From positions 18,372 through 82,371 of the forward strand of contig CAYTTP010000002.1 in NCBI GenBank assembly GCA_964440955.1: a DNA stretch of 64,000 nt, given 5' to 3'. Positions 55,157 to 64,000 of the stretch are shown one piece after another (the stretch's first letter is position 1; every line of letters starts with the position of its first letter). The notes below the pieces were generated by a model. That model was given only the letters and a program-made list of their open reading frames with translations, did not search any database and had not been told where the DNA came from. The position numbers and the translations under genes were made by a program. This DNA is from an uncultured Candidatus Saccharibacteria bacterium (GTDB lineage Bacteria > Patescibacteriota > Minisyncoccia > Phycocordibacterales > WO2-35-19).

Positions 55157-56245
55157 ATGGCCGCACCTTCAGAAAAAATTTTGTCCATAAGCGCCGTAAG
55201 CGTTTTCAAGGCGGTGCTTGTGGTTTTGGGTTTTGCCTTATTCTATTACTTGCGTGACGTGGCACTTGTTGTGCTTCTTGCCATTATTATTGCCTCTTCG
55301 GTTGAGCCAGGCACAAAATGGTTTTTGCGCCGAAGAGTACCAAGATTGCTTGCTGTACTGCTCATTTATTCTGTTGCTGTCATTGTACTTGTTGGTATGT
55401 TTTACTTCCTTCTCTTGCCACTTCTAAACCAGTCGGCCTCGTTTCTTTCGACCTTACCAAGCTACCTCGGTGAGCTTCAAGTTTGGAATCCACTGCAAGA
55501 CAGTAGTTTCCTAGGTTCGGGTAGTTCGGTGGTTGAAGGCTTTTCTAAAAACTTCTCACTAGTGCAGGTGGTGAATGAAATCAATGGTTATGTGGCTGGA
55601 CTTTCAAACGGTTTCTTCTCGACGGCAAGTCAGGTGTTTGGAGGTATTTTGAGTTTTATATTGGTTGTCGTTCTTTCCTTTTATCTATCGGTGGAAAATG
55701 ATGGGGTGGGGAGCTTTTTGCGCATTGTGACTCCAGCCAAAAATGAAAAATATATTCTCGATCTTTGGCGACGTTCTCAGCACAAAATTGGTCTCTGGAT
55801 GCAAGGGCAAGTAGTGCTTGCGATTTTGGTTGCTGTTTTGGTATTTTTGGGCCTCACTCTTTTGCAGGTTGAAAATGCCCTTCTCCTTGCGGTGCTTGCT
55901 GGACTTTTTGAAATCATTCCTCTTTTTGGTCCGATCCTTGCCGCTATCCCGGCGGTCACACTTGCTCTTATAAGTAATGGAATGACGAGTGCTCTTTTGG
56001 TGATTGGACTTTATGTCATCATTCAGCAGTTTGAAAATCAACTTATCTATCCACTCGTGGTGCGAAAAATAGTTGGTGTGCCACCACTCGTTTCTATTCT
56101 TGCACTTATTATTGGTGGCAAGCTTGCCGGATTTGTTGGGCTACTTGTTTCAGTGCCTCTCACCACTATGCTTATGGAATTTTTGAATGATATCGCTAAA
56201 GACAAGATGATCGCGAGTGAAAAACTATCAAAAATTGGCGATTGA
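55157..56245 (+). CDS. AI-2E family transporter (UPF0118 / PerM-like)
   Basis: Eight TM helices plus LFEIIPLFGPILAAIP; start reassigned to the ATG at 55157. Confidence 0.7.
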   Translation: MAAPSEKILSISAVSVFKAVLVVLGFALFYYLRDVALVVLLAIIIASSVEPGTKWFLRRRVPRLLAVLLIYSVAVIVLVGMFYFLLLPLLNQSASFLSTLPSYLGELQVWNPLQDSSFLGSGSSVVEGFSKNFSLVQVVNEINGYVAGLSNGFFSTASQVFGGILSFILVVVLSFYLSVENDGVGSFLRIVTPAKNEKYILDLWRRSQHKIGLWMQGQVVLAILVAVLVFLGLTLLQVENALLLAVLAGLFEIIPLFGPILAAIPAVTLALISNGMTSALLVIGLYVIIQQFENQLIYPLVVRKIVGVPPLVSILALIIGGKLAGFVGLLVSVPLTTMLMEFLNDIAKDKMIASEKLSKIGD

Positions 56246-56287
56246 GGCTAGACTCATCACTTTTCCAAAATCTGCTATAATCGCTCT

Positions 56288-57736
56288 ATGAAAGATAAGA
56301 CTTTTTATATTACAACGACTATTCCTTATGTGAATGCCGATCCGCACATGGGTTTTGCTCTCGAGCTTGTGCAGTCGGACGCAATCGCTCGGTATCACCG
56401 ACTCAAAGGTGAGGAGGTGTTTTTTAATACCGGTACTGACGAGCATGGACAAAAAATTTGGGAAGCAAGCCAAAAAGAAGGGCAGGAGGTACAGGCTTAT
56501 GTCGACCGTTATGCAGCCAATTATTTTAACCTGACCAAAACCCTCAATCTTTCTAATGATAATTTTATTCGTACTACCGACGAGGCTCATATAAAAGCAG
56601 CCCAAGAAATGTGGCGCATTTGCGAAGCGAAGGGGGATATATATAAAAAGAAGTATAGGGGGTTGTATTGTGTCGGGTGTGAAAAATTTCTAATCGAGCG
56701 CGATTTGGTAGATGGAAAGTGTATTTTGCACCCAACCAAGGAGCCAGAAGTGGTGGAGGAAGAAAATTACTTTTTCAAACTGACCAACTACCGAGACCAA
56801 CTTCTTGACTACCTTTCAAACGAAAACTCTATTGCTCCAGATTGGCGTCGTAAGGAGGCAATTGAATATGTGAAAGAGGGTATGGAAGATTTCTCGATTT
56901 CTCGAAGTAAAGAAAGATTTTCGTGGGGAGTGCCGGTACCGTGTGATGAGAGTCAGGTGATGTATGTGTGGTTTGACGCGCTTGTAAATTATATTTCAAC
57001 TCTTGGGTGGCCACACGAGAAAGAAAAATTTGAAAAATTTTGGCAAGGCGGTTTTCACATGCAAACCGCTGGCAAAGATATGGTCAAGTTTCAGTCAGTG
57101 ATGTGGCAGGGGATGCTCCTCTCGGCCGGGCTTACACCAACAAGCACAGTGGTTTATCACGGGTTCATCACGGCCGAAGGTGGGGTCCGTATGTCGAAGT
57201 CATTGGGCAATGGGGTAAATCCGGTTGACATAGCCAGTGAATATGGAACCGATGCTTTACGTTACTTTTTATTGCGCGAAGTCTCAGTTTTTGAAGACAG
57301 TCCATTTACAATTGAGAGGTTTAAAGAAGCGTATAACGCCCATTTGGCTAATGGGTTGGGAAATTTGGTTTCGAGAGTTATGACTATGGCGGTTAAAAAT
57401 AATATAAAAATAAGAGAGTCAGATTCTGATCTGTTTAATTTTTTCAAACCTGGCTATATATCAGAATTTGTTGAAAAATTTGAGATAAATAAAGCAATGG
57501 ATTTGATTTGGGGAAAAATTGGCAAGGCAGATTCATTTATACAAACCAAGGAACCTTTTAAGAAGATAAAGAGTGACAAAGAATCTGCAACAAAAGATAT
57601 ACAGGAATTGCTCTGCGAATTAGCGGAAATATCAGTTTGTCTTAGGCCGTTTTTGCCACAAACTGCTAAAAAAATTGAAACATTAGTGAGAGAAAATAAA
57701 ATGTCAGAAGTTTCTCTATTTCCAAGAAAAGATTGA
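56288..57736 (+). CDS. metG: Methionyl-tRNA synthetase
   Basis: P.VNADPHMG (HIGH-like), KMSKS (RMSKSLGN), zinc knuckle CVGCEKF...CILHP. Confidence 0.9.
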   Translation: MKDKTFYITTTIPYVNADPHMGFALELVQSDAIARYHRLKGEEVFFNTGTDEHGQKIWEASQKEGQEVQAYVDRYAANYFNLTKTLNLSNDNFIRTTDEAHIKAAQEMWRICEAKGDIYKKKYRGLYCVGCEKFLIERDLVDGKCILHPTKEPEVVEEENYFFKLTNYRDQLLDYLSNENSIAPDWRRKEAIEYVKEGMEDFSISRSKERFSWGVPVPCDESQVMYVWFDALVNYISTLGWPHEKEKFEKFWQGGFHMQTAGKDMVKFQSVMWQGMLLSAGLTPTSTVVYHGFITAEGGVRMSKSLGNGVNPVDIASEYGTDALRYFLLREVSVFEDSPFTIERFKEAYNAHLANGLGNLVSRVMTMAVKNNIKIRESDSDLFNFFKPGYISEFVEKFEINKAMDLIWGKIGKADSFIQTKEPFKKIKSDKESATKDIQELLCELAEISVCLRPFLPQTAKKIETLVRENKMSEVSLFPRKD

Positions 57737-57770
57737 CCCCACCCCAACCCTCCCCTTGGTCAGGGGAGGT
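57736..57770. repeat. GC-palindrome family copy C (CCCCACCCCAACCCTCCCCTTGGTCAGGGGAGG)
   Basis: Seen directly; lies in the metG-tatD spacer. Confidence 0.5.
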
Positions 57771-57783
57771 AAGAAAAAATTAT

Positions 57784-58605
57784 ATGAAATACATCGATAT
57801 ACATTGCCACTTGGATTTTCCTGACTATGGCGAACAGTTAGTGGATGTTTTGGCGAGGATGAAAGAGGGTGAGGTCGGGGCGATTACTATTGGCACCGAC
57901 CTTGAAAGTTCAAGACGTGCAGTAAAGATCGCGGAAGAAAATGAAAATATTTGGGCCTGTATTGGAGTGCATCCGGTAGATATCACCCCCCAGCCCCCTC
58001 TTATAATAAGAGGGGGAGAGCGAAGCGAGGGGGTGATATTAGAATTGGAAGAACTCATTAAAAGCGAAAAGGTGGTAGCGATAGGTGAATGCGGACTCGA
58101 TTATTTTAGATTACCAAAAGAGGAAGATAAGATAAAAGAGGAAAAAGAGAGACAAGAAAAATTATTTCATCAACAAATAGAATTTGCTTTGAAGCATGAT
58201 AAGCCACTTATGCTTCATTGTCGAACGGCATACAAAGAAGTTTTGGACATTTTGGAAGAATATAAGAAAGGCGAAGGAGGAGAAAAATTGAGAGGTAACT
58301 GTCACTTTTTTGCTGGTACAGTAGAAGAGGCAAAAAGATTTGTCGGCTTAGGCTTTACTTGTTCATTCACGGGTGTGATTACCTTCACTCATGATTATGA
58401 CGAAGTAATAAAAAGTTTGCCACTCGATTCGATCATGTCGGAGACTGATGCGCCGTTTGTGGCCCCTGTACCACATCGAGGTAAGCGCAATGAACCAACC
58501 TTTGTTATAGAGGTGGTCAAAAAACTCGCTCAAATAAGAGGTTTGAAGGAGGAGGAGGTGGCTCAAATTTTGCTCCAAAACGCCAAACGAATTTTTGCTT
58601 TTTAA
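57784..58605 (+). CDS. tatD: TatD-family metal-dependent hydrolase/DNase with a 20-codon repeat-derived insertion
   Basis: IDIHCHLDF N-terminal motif, GECGLDY, and D near the C-terminus. Start set to MKYIDIH because the ORF-track extension crosses an intergenic palindrome. The in-frame insert is at 57980-58040. Confidence 0.75.
   Translation: MKYIDIHCHLDFPDYGEQLVDVLARMKEGEVGAITIGTDLESSRRAVKIAEENENIWACIGVHPVDITPQPPLIIRGGERSEGVILELEELIKSEKVVAIGECGLDYFRLPKEEDKIKEEKERQEKLFHQQIEFALKHDKPLMLHCRTAYKEVLDILEEYKKGEGGEKLRGNCHFFAGTVEEAKRFVGLGFTCSFTGVITFTHDYDEVIKSLPLDSIMSETDAPFVAPVPHRGKRNEPTFVIEVVKKLAQIRGLKEEEVAQILLQNAKRIFAF
57980..58040. repeat. GC-palindrome family copy D, 60 nt with terminal inverted repeats GATATCACCCCC / GGGGGTGATAT, inserted in-frame in tatD
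   Basis: Nested palindromes; the length is a multiple of 3; it encodes DITPQPPLIIRGGERSEGVI. Confidence 0.6.
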
Positions 58606-58728
58606 TAATACTTATGGTATCTTGCTGGTACTGATCTCGAGGCGTATCTTATTATAATAACGTCTCTATCCTGAGTTTTTACCCTGAATATATAGAAGGG
58701 TATCGAAGGACCCGGTCAGTTAAAAATA

Positions 58729-59211
58729 ATGGAAGAAACAAAAAATGATAGTGGTGATCTCCAGATTTATGAAATCGGATATCACATTTTGCCAAGTGTC
58801 GCTGAGGGCGATGTTGCGGCTGAAGTCTCCAAGATAAACTCTGTTATAAAGGAGAAGGGTGGGGCAATGATAAGCGAAGAATTTCCAGAACTCCGATCGC
58901 TCGCTTATGACATTACAAAAAAAATAGATACGAGAAATTTTAATTTCAGTAAAGCCTACTTCGGATGGGTTAAGTTTGAAATTGACAGAAGCGTGATAGG
59001 TGAAATAAAAGACTCTCTTGAAAAACAGCCAAATATTTTGAGGTTTATTGTAGTGAAGACGGTTCGTGAAAATACAATCTATACTCCTAAATCATCTGAA
59101 AGAAAATCCGAAAAGGAGGATGTAGTTGATACAAAAGAAGCTCGTCCTCAAGCTTCCGAAGAGGAGATGGATAAAAGTATCGATGAGCTTGTAGTCGGTG
59201 AATCATTATAA
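58729..59211 (+). CDS. rpsF: 30S ribosomal protein S6 with an acidic C-terminal extension
   Basis: YEIGYHILP...LAYDI pattern; rpsF-ssb-rpsR synteny. Confidence 0.7.
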   Translation: MEETKNDSGDLQIYEIGYHILPSVAEGDVAAEVSKINSVIKEKGGAMISEEFPELRSLAYDITKKIDTRNFNFSKAYFGWVKFEIDRSVIGEIKDSLEKQPNILRFIVVKTVRENTIYTPKSSERKSEKEDVVDTKEARPQASEEEMDKSIDELVVGESL

Positions 59212-59235
59212 GGTTTTAGAACTAACTATATCCTC

Positions 59236-59694
59236 ATGTATATCAACAGAGCGATCATTTACGGCAACTTGACCAAAGATCCGGAATTGAAAGCACTCCC
59301 TTCGGGAGCTGCAGTTTGCGAGTTTAGTGTTGCGACCAATCGTGTATGGAAAGATAAAAATGGTGCGAAGCAGGAGTCGGTTGATTATCACAATGTTGTC
59401 GTATTTGGCAAGCAAGCTGAACTTATAAAACAGTACATGAGGAAGGGTAGCCCTATTTACATCGAGGGTCGTATCCAAACCAGAAGTTGGGAGGCACAAG
59501 ATGGTACCAAGCGTTATCGAACGGAAATAATAGTCGATAACTTCCAGTTTGGGCCGAAACCAGGTGGTCAGGCAGCTACGACTACTGGTTCTTATGAGTC
59601 AAAAGATGATTCAAAAGTTACTCCGGCTAAAGATGAAGTTCCTGCTATCCAATATCCGGAAGAGGAAATAAATGCAGAGGATATACCGTTCTAA
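59236..59694 (+). CDS. ssb: Single-stranded DNA-binding protein
   Basis: OB-fold signature; acidic tail ending DIPF. Confidence 0.9.
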   Translation: MYINRAIIYGNLTKDPELKALPSGAAVCEFSVATNRVWKDKNGAKQESVDYHNVVVFGKQAELIKQYMRKGSPIYIEGRIQTRSWEAQDGTKRYRTEIIVDNFQFGPKPGGQAATTTGSYESKDDSKVTPAKDEVPAIQYPEEEINAEDIPF

Positions 59695-59752
59695 GACCTC
59701 ACCCCCAATTAAAAAAATAACTCCCCTAACCCCTCTTATATTAAGAGGGGGA
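59695..59752. repeat. GC-palindrome family copy E (CCTCACCCCC...CCCCTAACCCCTCTTATATTAAGAGGGGG)
   Basis: Its stem and loop are near-identical to those of copy D. Confidence 0.55.
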
Positions 59753-59768
59753 TCGGGCAAAAAATAAA

Positions 59769-59975
59769 ATGAAAAAACAAACATGTTACTTTAAACAAAA
59801 TGGCATCAAGTATGTCGACTATAAGGATGTTGAGCTTTTGAAGAAGTTCGTCAATCCTCACGCTCGCATTATGGGCAAAAGGCGTACTGGTGTCTCGACT
59901 GAATATCAAAAGAAACTTGCCGAAGCAATAAAACGCGCTCGCTTCATGGCCCTCATGCCATACTTGAGTCGGTAA
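59769..59975 (+). CDS. rpsR: 30S ribosomal protein S18
   Basis: C-terminal motif RRTGVS...KKLAEAIKRARFMALMPY. Confidence 0.85.
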   Translation: MKKQTCYFKQNGIKYVDYKDVELLKKFVNPHARIMGKRRTGVSTEYQKKLAEAIKRARFMALMPYLSR

Positions 59976-60012
59976 AGGTAGGCCTATAATTCCTGCGCTC
60001 GATACGAAAAAA

Positions 60013-60052
60013 CCTTCCTAAAATTCGGCCTAAGCCAAATTTTAGGAAGGTC
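60013..60052. terminator. Long hairpin terminator (ACCTTCCTAAAATT...AATTTTAGGAAGGT followed by a T-tract) between rpsR and efp
   Basis: 14-bp perfect stem, 12-nt loop, followed by CTTTTCTT. Confidence 0.65.
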
Positions 60053-60123
60053 TTTTCTTGTCCTCGGCCTAGTGGGCCTGCGGAATCTCGCTTAGGAAAT
60101 TTTAACTACTGGCTCTGCAGATT

Positions 60124-60684
60124 TTATACTCGTTCGCTGTACTGCCCATCGACTGTATTGATGCGAATTGTGTCGCCTTCGTTTATGAAAAGGGGAGTGT
60201 TGACCATAGTGCCAGTTTCAACCTTTACTTGTTTGCTACCACCTTGAGCGGTGTTGCCCTTGGTCGAAGGGGGAGCCTCGATAACTTTGAGGTCGACCTT
60301 GATCGGCATTTTGACGCCGATGATTTCATCTTCAAAAATCATTGCTTTGGCTACCGCATCTTTTTTCAAAAATTTTGCCCCGTTACCGATTTGCTCTTCA
60401 GATAGGGAAAAGCGCTTTGACGGCTGACCAACTTCATGGAACCAATATTCTCCTTTTGTTTGGTAAATAAATTGGATCTCTTTGTTTTCAAGCTCTGCCT
60501 CCTCGGCCTTATCGGAGACATGGAAGGAATATTCGGTCATGCGGCCAGTGATGAGGTTTCTAAGTTTGGTCGCGTTTACTGGCTTGCGTTGTTGCTTGCG
60601 AAAAACGTGTGCGTCCAAAACTTCCCACGGCTCTCCTTCGTGAATAATAAACTTTCCGACTGTGATTTCGTTGTATTCAAGCAT
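60124..60684 (-). CDS. efp: Elongation factor P
   Basis: Three-domain EF-P conservation across 186 aa. Confidence 0.9.
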   Translation of the reverse strand: MLEYNEITVGKFIIHEGEPWEVLDAHVFRKQQRKPVNATKLRNLITGRMTEYSFHVSDKAEEAELENKEIQFIYQTKGEYWFHEVGQPSKRFSLSEEQIGNGAKFLKKDAVAKAMIFEDEIIGVKMPIKVDLKVIEAPPSTKGNTAQGGSKQVKVETGTMVNTPLFINEGDTIRINTVDGQYSERV

Positions 60685-60719
60685 TGCCGAAACAGTCTAT
60701 CACGAACCTTTGGACGAGT

Positions 60720-61802
60720 CTATTCTTCTGGAGCTTCCTCGCTTTCTTCGACTTCACCTGGTTTAACAGGGATGATTGAACCACTATTTTTTTGTAGGCC
60801 TTCGCGAATTTGTTTCAATATTTCGTCAGTGATTTTTTTGTTTGTCTTGTCTTTCAAAAATTGGCGAGTGGCATCATAACCACGACCGAGGGGAGTATCA
60901 TTGTATTTGTATGAAGAACCTGATTTTTGAATGATACCCATTTTTTCACCAAGAGCGATGATTTCACCTTCGCGAGAAATGCCCTCGTTATACATGAGGT
61001 CAAACTCGGTTTGTTTGAATGGGGCAGCGACTTTGTTTTTGACTACCTTGACCCTGATGCGTCCACCCATTATTTCTTCACCTTTTTTGATTTGAGCGAT
61101 GCGACGAATGTCGATACGGACTGAAGTATAAAATTTGAGCGCTTTGCCTCCCGGAGTCGTTTCTGGATTGCCAAACATAACTCCAATTTGCATACGGATT
61201 TGGTTGATGAAAATAACGACTGTCTTTGATTTGGCGACGATAGCCGTCAGTTTGCGGAGCGCTTGTGACATAAGGCGCGCCTGCTTGCCAACATGATGTG
61301 CTCCCATGTCACCTTCGATCTCGTCTTTGGGGGTGAGGGCGGCGACTGAGTCAATGACTATAACATCAAGTTTGCCACTCCGTACGAGTGAGTCGACTAT
61401 TTCGAGTGCTTGTTCACCGTTGTCTGGTTGGGAAATTAAAAGCTCGTTGAGCTTTACTCCGAGTCGGCCCGCATACTCCGGGTCCATGGCATGTTCGGCG
61501 TCGATAAAAGCACAGATACCACCTTTCTTTTGAGCTTCAGCGACTACATGGAGGGAAAGGGTAGTCTTACCAGAAGATTCTGGACCAAAAATTTCGATGA
61601 TCCGGCCACGGGGCATACCGCCTACTCCGAGGGCCATATCAAGTCCCAAAGAGCCAGTTGGTATAGCATCTACATCAACTTTTGGCTTGTCGCCTAATTT
61701 CATAATCGAATCATCACCGAACTTAGTTTTTATTTCTTTCAGAGTGTCTTCGATCCTTGAATCAGTACCCTTAGCTTCTTTTGCAGTTTTTTCTTTTTTC
61801 AC
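60720..61802 (-). CDS. recA: Recombinase RecA
   Basis: [10 protein letters not shown] Walker A; L1 and L2 loop motifs. Confidence 0.95.
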   Translation of the reverse strand: MKKEKTAKEAKGTDSRIEDTLKEIKTKFGDDSIMKLGDKPKVDVDAIPTGSLGLDMALGVGGMPRGRIIEIFGPESSGKTTLSLHVVAEAQKKGGICAFIDAEHAMDPEYAGRLGVKLNELLISQPDNGEQALEIVDSLVRSGKLDVIVIDSVAALTPKDEIEGDMGAHHVGKQARLMSQALRKLTAIVAKSKTVVIFINQIRMQIGVMFGNPETTPGGKALKFYTSVRIDIRRIAQIKKGEEIMGGRIRVKVVKNKVAAPFKQTEFDLMYNEGISREGEIIALGEKMGIIQKSGSSYKYNDTPLGRGYDATRQFLKDKTNKKITDEILKQIREGLQKNSGSIIPVKPGEVEESEEAPEE

Positions 61803-61803
61803 T

Positions 61804-62184
61804 TTAGTTTTCTGTTGTCTTGTAATATATGTTCAACAATTTCTTTTCTTCGGCCCCAAACCGATCCTTAGCCCTAACTATAATTATATTAGACCCCTCT
61901 CCAAGGAGCAATTTTTCTTCAAAAAAGCCCCGAGTGTCTATATATATTGGGCGCTCGTTTATGCTTATATAGGTGCTATTTTTAACCATTCCTTTTATGA
62001 GAAGGGTAGAGGTGGCTATTTCTGTAATGTTTGGGGTGGGGAGCAGTATTTCTATCGATGGCCCCATTATCAAATTGCGGGCATTCCATAAGCCGTAGCA
62101 TATGAGCAAAATGACCGACATTACGATCATAAATCGTTTGACATTTCGGCCACTTTCACAAGTATCTAGTCTAAGCTGGTTCAT
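61804..62184 (-). CDS. Hypothetical small membrane-anchored protein
   Basis: N-terminal TM helix; 126 aa. Confidence 0.3.
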   Translation of the reverse strand: MNQLRLDTCESGRNVKRFMIVMSVILLICYGLWNARNLIMGPSIEILLPTPNITEIATSTLLIKGMVKNSTYISINERPIYIDTRGFFEEKLLLGEGSNIIIVRAKDRFGAEEKKLLNIYYKTTEN

Positions 62185-64000
62185 CTTCGTTTAAAGCTTC
62201 CGAATATCCGCCTTCCGGTTTGATAAGCACTTCACGTGGCTTGGCGCCTTCGCCAGGGCCGATCACTTGTTTTTCTTCTAATATATCCATGAGTCTAGCA
62301 GCGCGGGCATAGCCGATGCGAAGCTTTCTTTGGAGGAAGGAAGTGGAGGCTTTGCCTGTCGCGATCACGGTCTCTCTCGCTTCTTCGTACATGTCGTCAT
62401 CAACATCGCTATCGTCATTGTCGCCTAGAGTTGACTCAAAGATTGAATTTTTTGTCTTCTCTTCGCTCATGTTTATCTCGCCTGGTGGTTCGTCCTCAAC
62501 GCTACGAGCTAAGTATTCGGAAACTTTTTTGACCTCGCTCTCCGAAATGTATGGACACTGAAGCCTGATAGGTTTGCTCATTTCGCCGGATATATATAGC
62601 ATGTCGCCGGCACCGAGGAGTTTTTCTGCTCCAGCAGAGTCAATAATGGTGCGGGAGTCAAACTGGGAAGCTACTTGGAGAGCAATACGGGAAGGGATGT
62701 TTGCTTTAATAAGACCAGTAATGACGTTGACCGAAGGACGTTGGGTCGAGAGGATGAGGTGAATACCGACAGCTCGGCTCATTTGAGCGAGTCGCACAAT
62801 CGCTGCTTCAAGCTCGCGAGGATAGCTTTGCATGATATCAGCAAGTTCATCTATTATTATTACGATATAAGGCATAATTTCTGGTGCTTCACCCTGCTTC
62901 TCTTTTTTATATTTTTCCAAAGCTGGCGCCAAAATGTTTTTGTGGTATGACTCGATATCGCGGACTTTGTTTTTTTCGAGTAAGTCATATCGTCGGTCCA
63001 TTTCCTTGGCTGCCCACTTGAGTGCCATGATCGCTTTTTTTGGCTCGGTAATGACAGGGGTGAGTAAGTGTCCTATTTTGTTGTATAAGGTGAGCTCGAC
63101 TCTTTTTGGATCGATCATGATGAGTTTTAGGTTTTCGGGAGAGTTGCGGAAGAGGAGTGAGTTTATAATGACGTGGATAGTCACTGACTTACCGCTCCCG
63201 GTTGCTCCAGCGATAAGGAGATGGGGCATTTTGCCTAAGTTGGCAAAGATCGAGGCTCCAGTGATGCTCTTACCAAGACCAACCATAAGAGCTTTTTCGG
63301 ATTCGCGATATTCGTCTTGGCTCAAAAGAGTGCCGAGCCCAACCATTGTTTTTGTGGTGTTTGGTATTTCAATACCAACCAATGACTTGCCGGGGATCGG
63401 TGCTTCAATGCGTACTGGGTGTGCGGCAAGTGCAAGCTCGAGGTTGTTTTGAAGGCCAAGTATTTTTGAAAGCTTTACTCCCTCTGCTGGCTTCAAGGCA
63501 TAACGAGTAACAGAAGGGCCTATCGATATTTCGTCCATCTCGACGATAATGCCAAAGTTTTGCAAAGTGCGCTTTATGATATTTGCGTTTGCTTTGATGT
63601 CGCCTACTTCTGGTTTGCCTTTGTCGCGCTCAAGAAGAGAGAGTGGGGGAGGGGTGAAGGGTTTCCATGAAATATTGTTTTTTTGAATACCGAGTACACC
63701 GTCGTCATCGTTATTTGATGGTTTTTTGGGAGTCGAAGGCACTACAATTTTAGGTGTTAGTGTTTCTTGGGTTGGATTTTTCAAAATCTCTTGATCTGTT
63801 TTGATTGTAAGAGCAGCTTCTTCGCTCCCCATCTCTTCGTTTGGTTTTCTTATTCGGAGAAAAACAAGGATCGAGTTTATATTGACTGGGGTATCAAACA
63901 TGACCATGCAAGCGATCACCATAAGTGCCATCAAAATGATGGCCGTTGCGTATATGTCAAAAAGAGAGACAAGGGGTTTATAAAGGAAGTTACCTACCAT
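62171..64000 (-). CDS. ftsK: DNA translocase FtsK/SpoIIIE (C-terminal 609 aa; the N-terminus lies beyond the window end)
   Basis: Walker A GATGSGKSV; C-terminal gamma winged-helix domain; N-terminal TM helices. Confidence 0.9.
   Translation of the reverse strand: MVGNFLYKPLVSLFDIYATAIILMALMVIACMVMFDTPVNINSILVFLRIRKPNEEMGSEEAALTIKTDQEILKNPTQETLTPKIVVPSTPKKPSNNDDDGVLGIQKNNISWKPFTPPPLSLLERDKGKPEVGDIKANANIIKRTLQNFGIIVEMDEISIGPSVTRYALKPAEGVKLSKILGLQNNLELALAAHPVRIEAPIPGKSLVGIEIPNTTKTMVGLGTLLSQDEYRESEKALMVGLGKSITGASIFANLGKMPHLLIAGATGSGKSVTIHVIINSLLFRNSPENLKLIMIDPKRVELTLYNKIGHLLTPVITEPKKAIMALKWAAKEMDRRYDLLEKNKVRDIESYHKNILAPALEKYKKEKQGEAPEIMPYIVIIIDELADIMQSYPRELEAAIVRLAQMSRAVGIHLILSTQRPSVNVITGLIKANIPSRIALQVASQFDSRTIIDSAGAEKLLGAGDMLYISGEMSKPIRLQCPYISESEVKKVSEYLARSVEDEPPGEINMSEEKTKNSIFESTLGDNDDSDVDDDMYEEARETVIATGKASTSFLQRKLRIGYARAARLMDILEEKQVIGPGEGAKPREVLIKPEGGYSEALNEDEPA

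Noticed and set aside
57733-57783. N-terminal extension of tatD (MTPPQPSPWSGEVRKNY)
   Set aside because: It runs through palindrome copy C. TatD proteins begin at the conserved MKYIDIHCH motif.
1-64000. UGA recoding (translation table 25)
   Set aside because: Several well-conserved genes, for example dnaA, end at TGA with correct length, and ORFs are not fragmented. The standard bacterial code fits.
1-64000. CRISPR array
   Set aside because: There are no regularly spaced direct repeats of 25-40 nt. The repeat families present are palindromes and inverted pairs, not arrays.

Overview
This is an AT-rich (roughly 35-40% GC), gene-dense bacterial chromosomal segment. It uses the standard genetic code: TGA works as a stop codon and there is no sign of UGA recoding. 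The gene content and the many size-reduced core proteins suggest a reduced-genome Patescibacteria/CPR-like organism, though this is inference. Examples are PolA at 791 aa, a 645-aa UvrD/PcrA helicase, a YebC missing its middle domain, and a short YidC.

The window holds the replication origin neighbourhood, with rpmH-rnpA-yidC reading away from dnaA-dnaN and DnaA-box clusters on both sides. It carries much housekeeping machinery: infC-rpmI-rplT, rpsT, rpsF-ssb-rpsR, ruvC-yebC-ruvB, ruvA, recA, recO, polA, ftsK, efp, and the Tyr, Ile, Gly and Met aminoacyl-tRNA synthetases. Peptidoglycan genes are present (PBP1A, MurE, an M23/LysM peptidase), as are a PilB/GspE ATPase, a partial ComEC and six tRNA genes.

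The most distinctive region is a roughly 12.5-kb cluster at about 6.7-19.2 kb that resembles a Gram-positive/CPR-type type IV secretion or DNA-transfer system. It encodes a VirB4/TraC-like ATPase, a polytopic TrbL/VirB6-like protein, a PrgI/VirB3-like protein, several secreted or membrane proteins, and a pilin-like protein fused to an M15/LAS peptidoglycan hydrolase domain.

Other notable items:
- an isoleucyl-tRNA synthetase with a whole histidine-phosphatase (PGAM-family) domain inserted in-frame
- a minimal SET-domain-like protein
- a hicBA toxin-antitoxin pair beside a tRNA cluster
- two short repeat families: GC-rich palindromes, one of them an in-frame 60-nt insertion inside tatD, and AT-rich GAATTATGAAT-type inverted repeats that bracket a four-helix-bundle gene and supply terminal codons of several genes
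- two GC-rich, foreign-looking genes that each sit behind the same palindrome-plus-promoter module
- a promoter-driven structured candidate ncRNA of about 200 nt in the unusually long ruvB-pilB spacer
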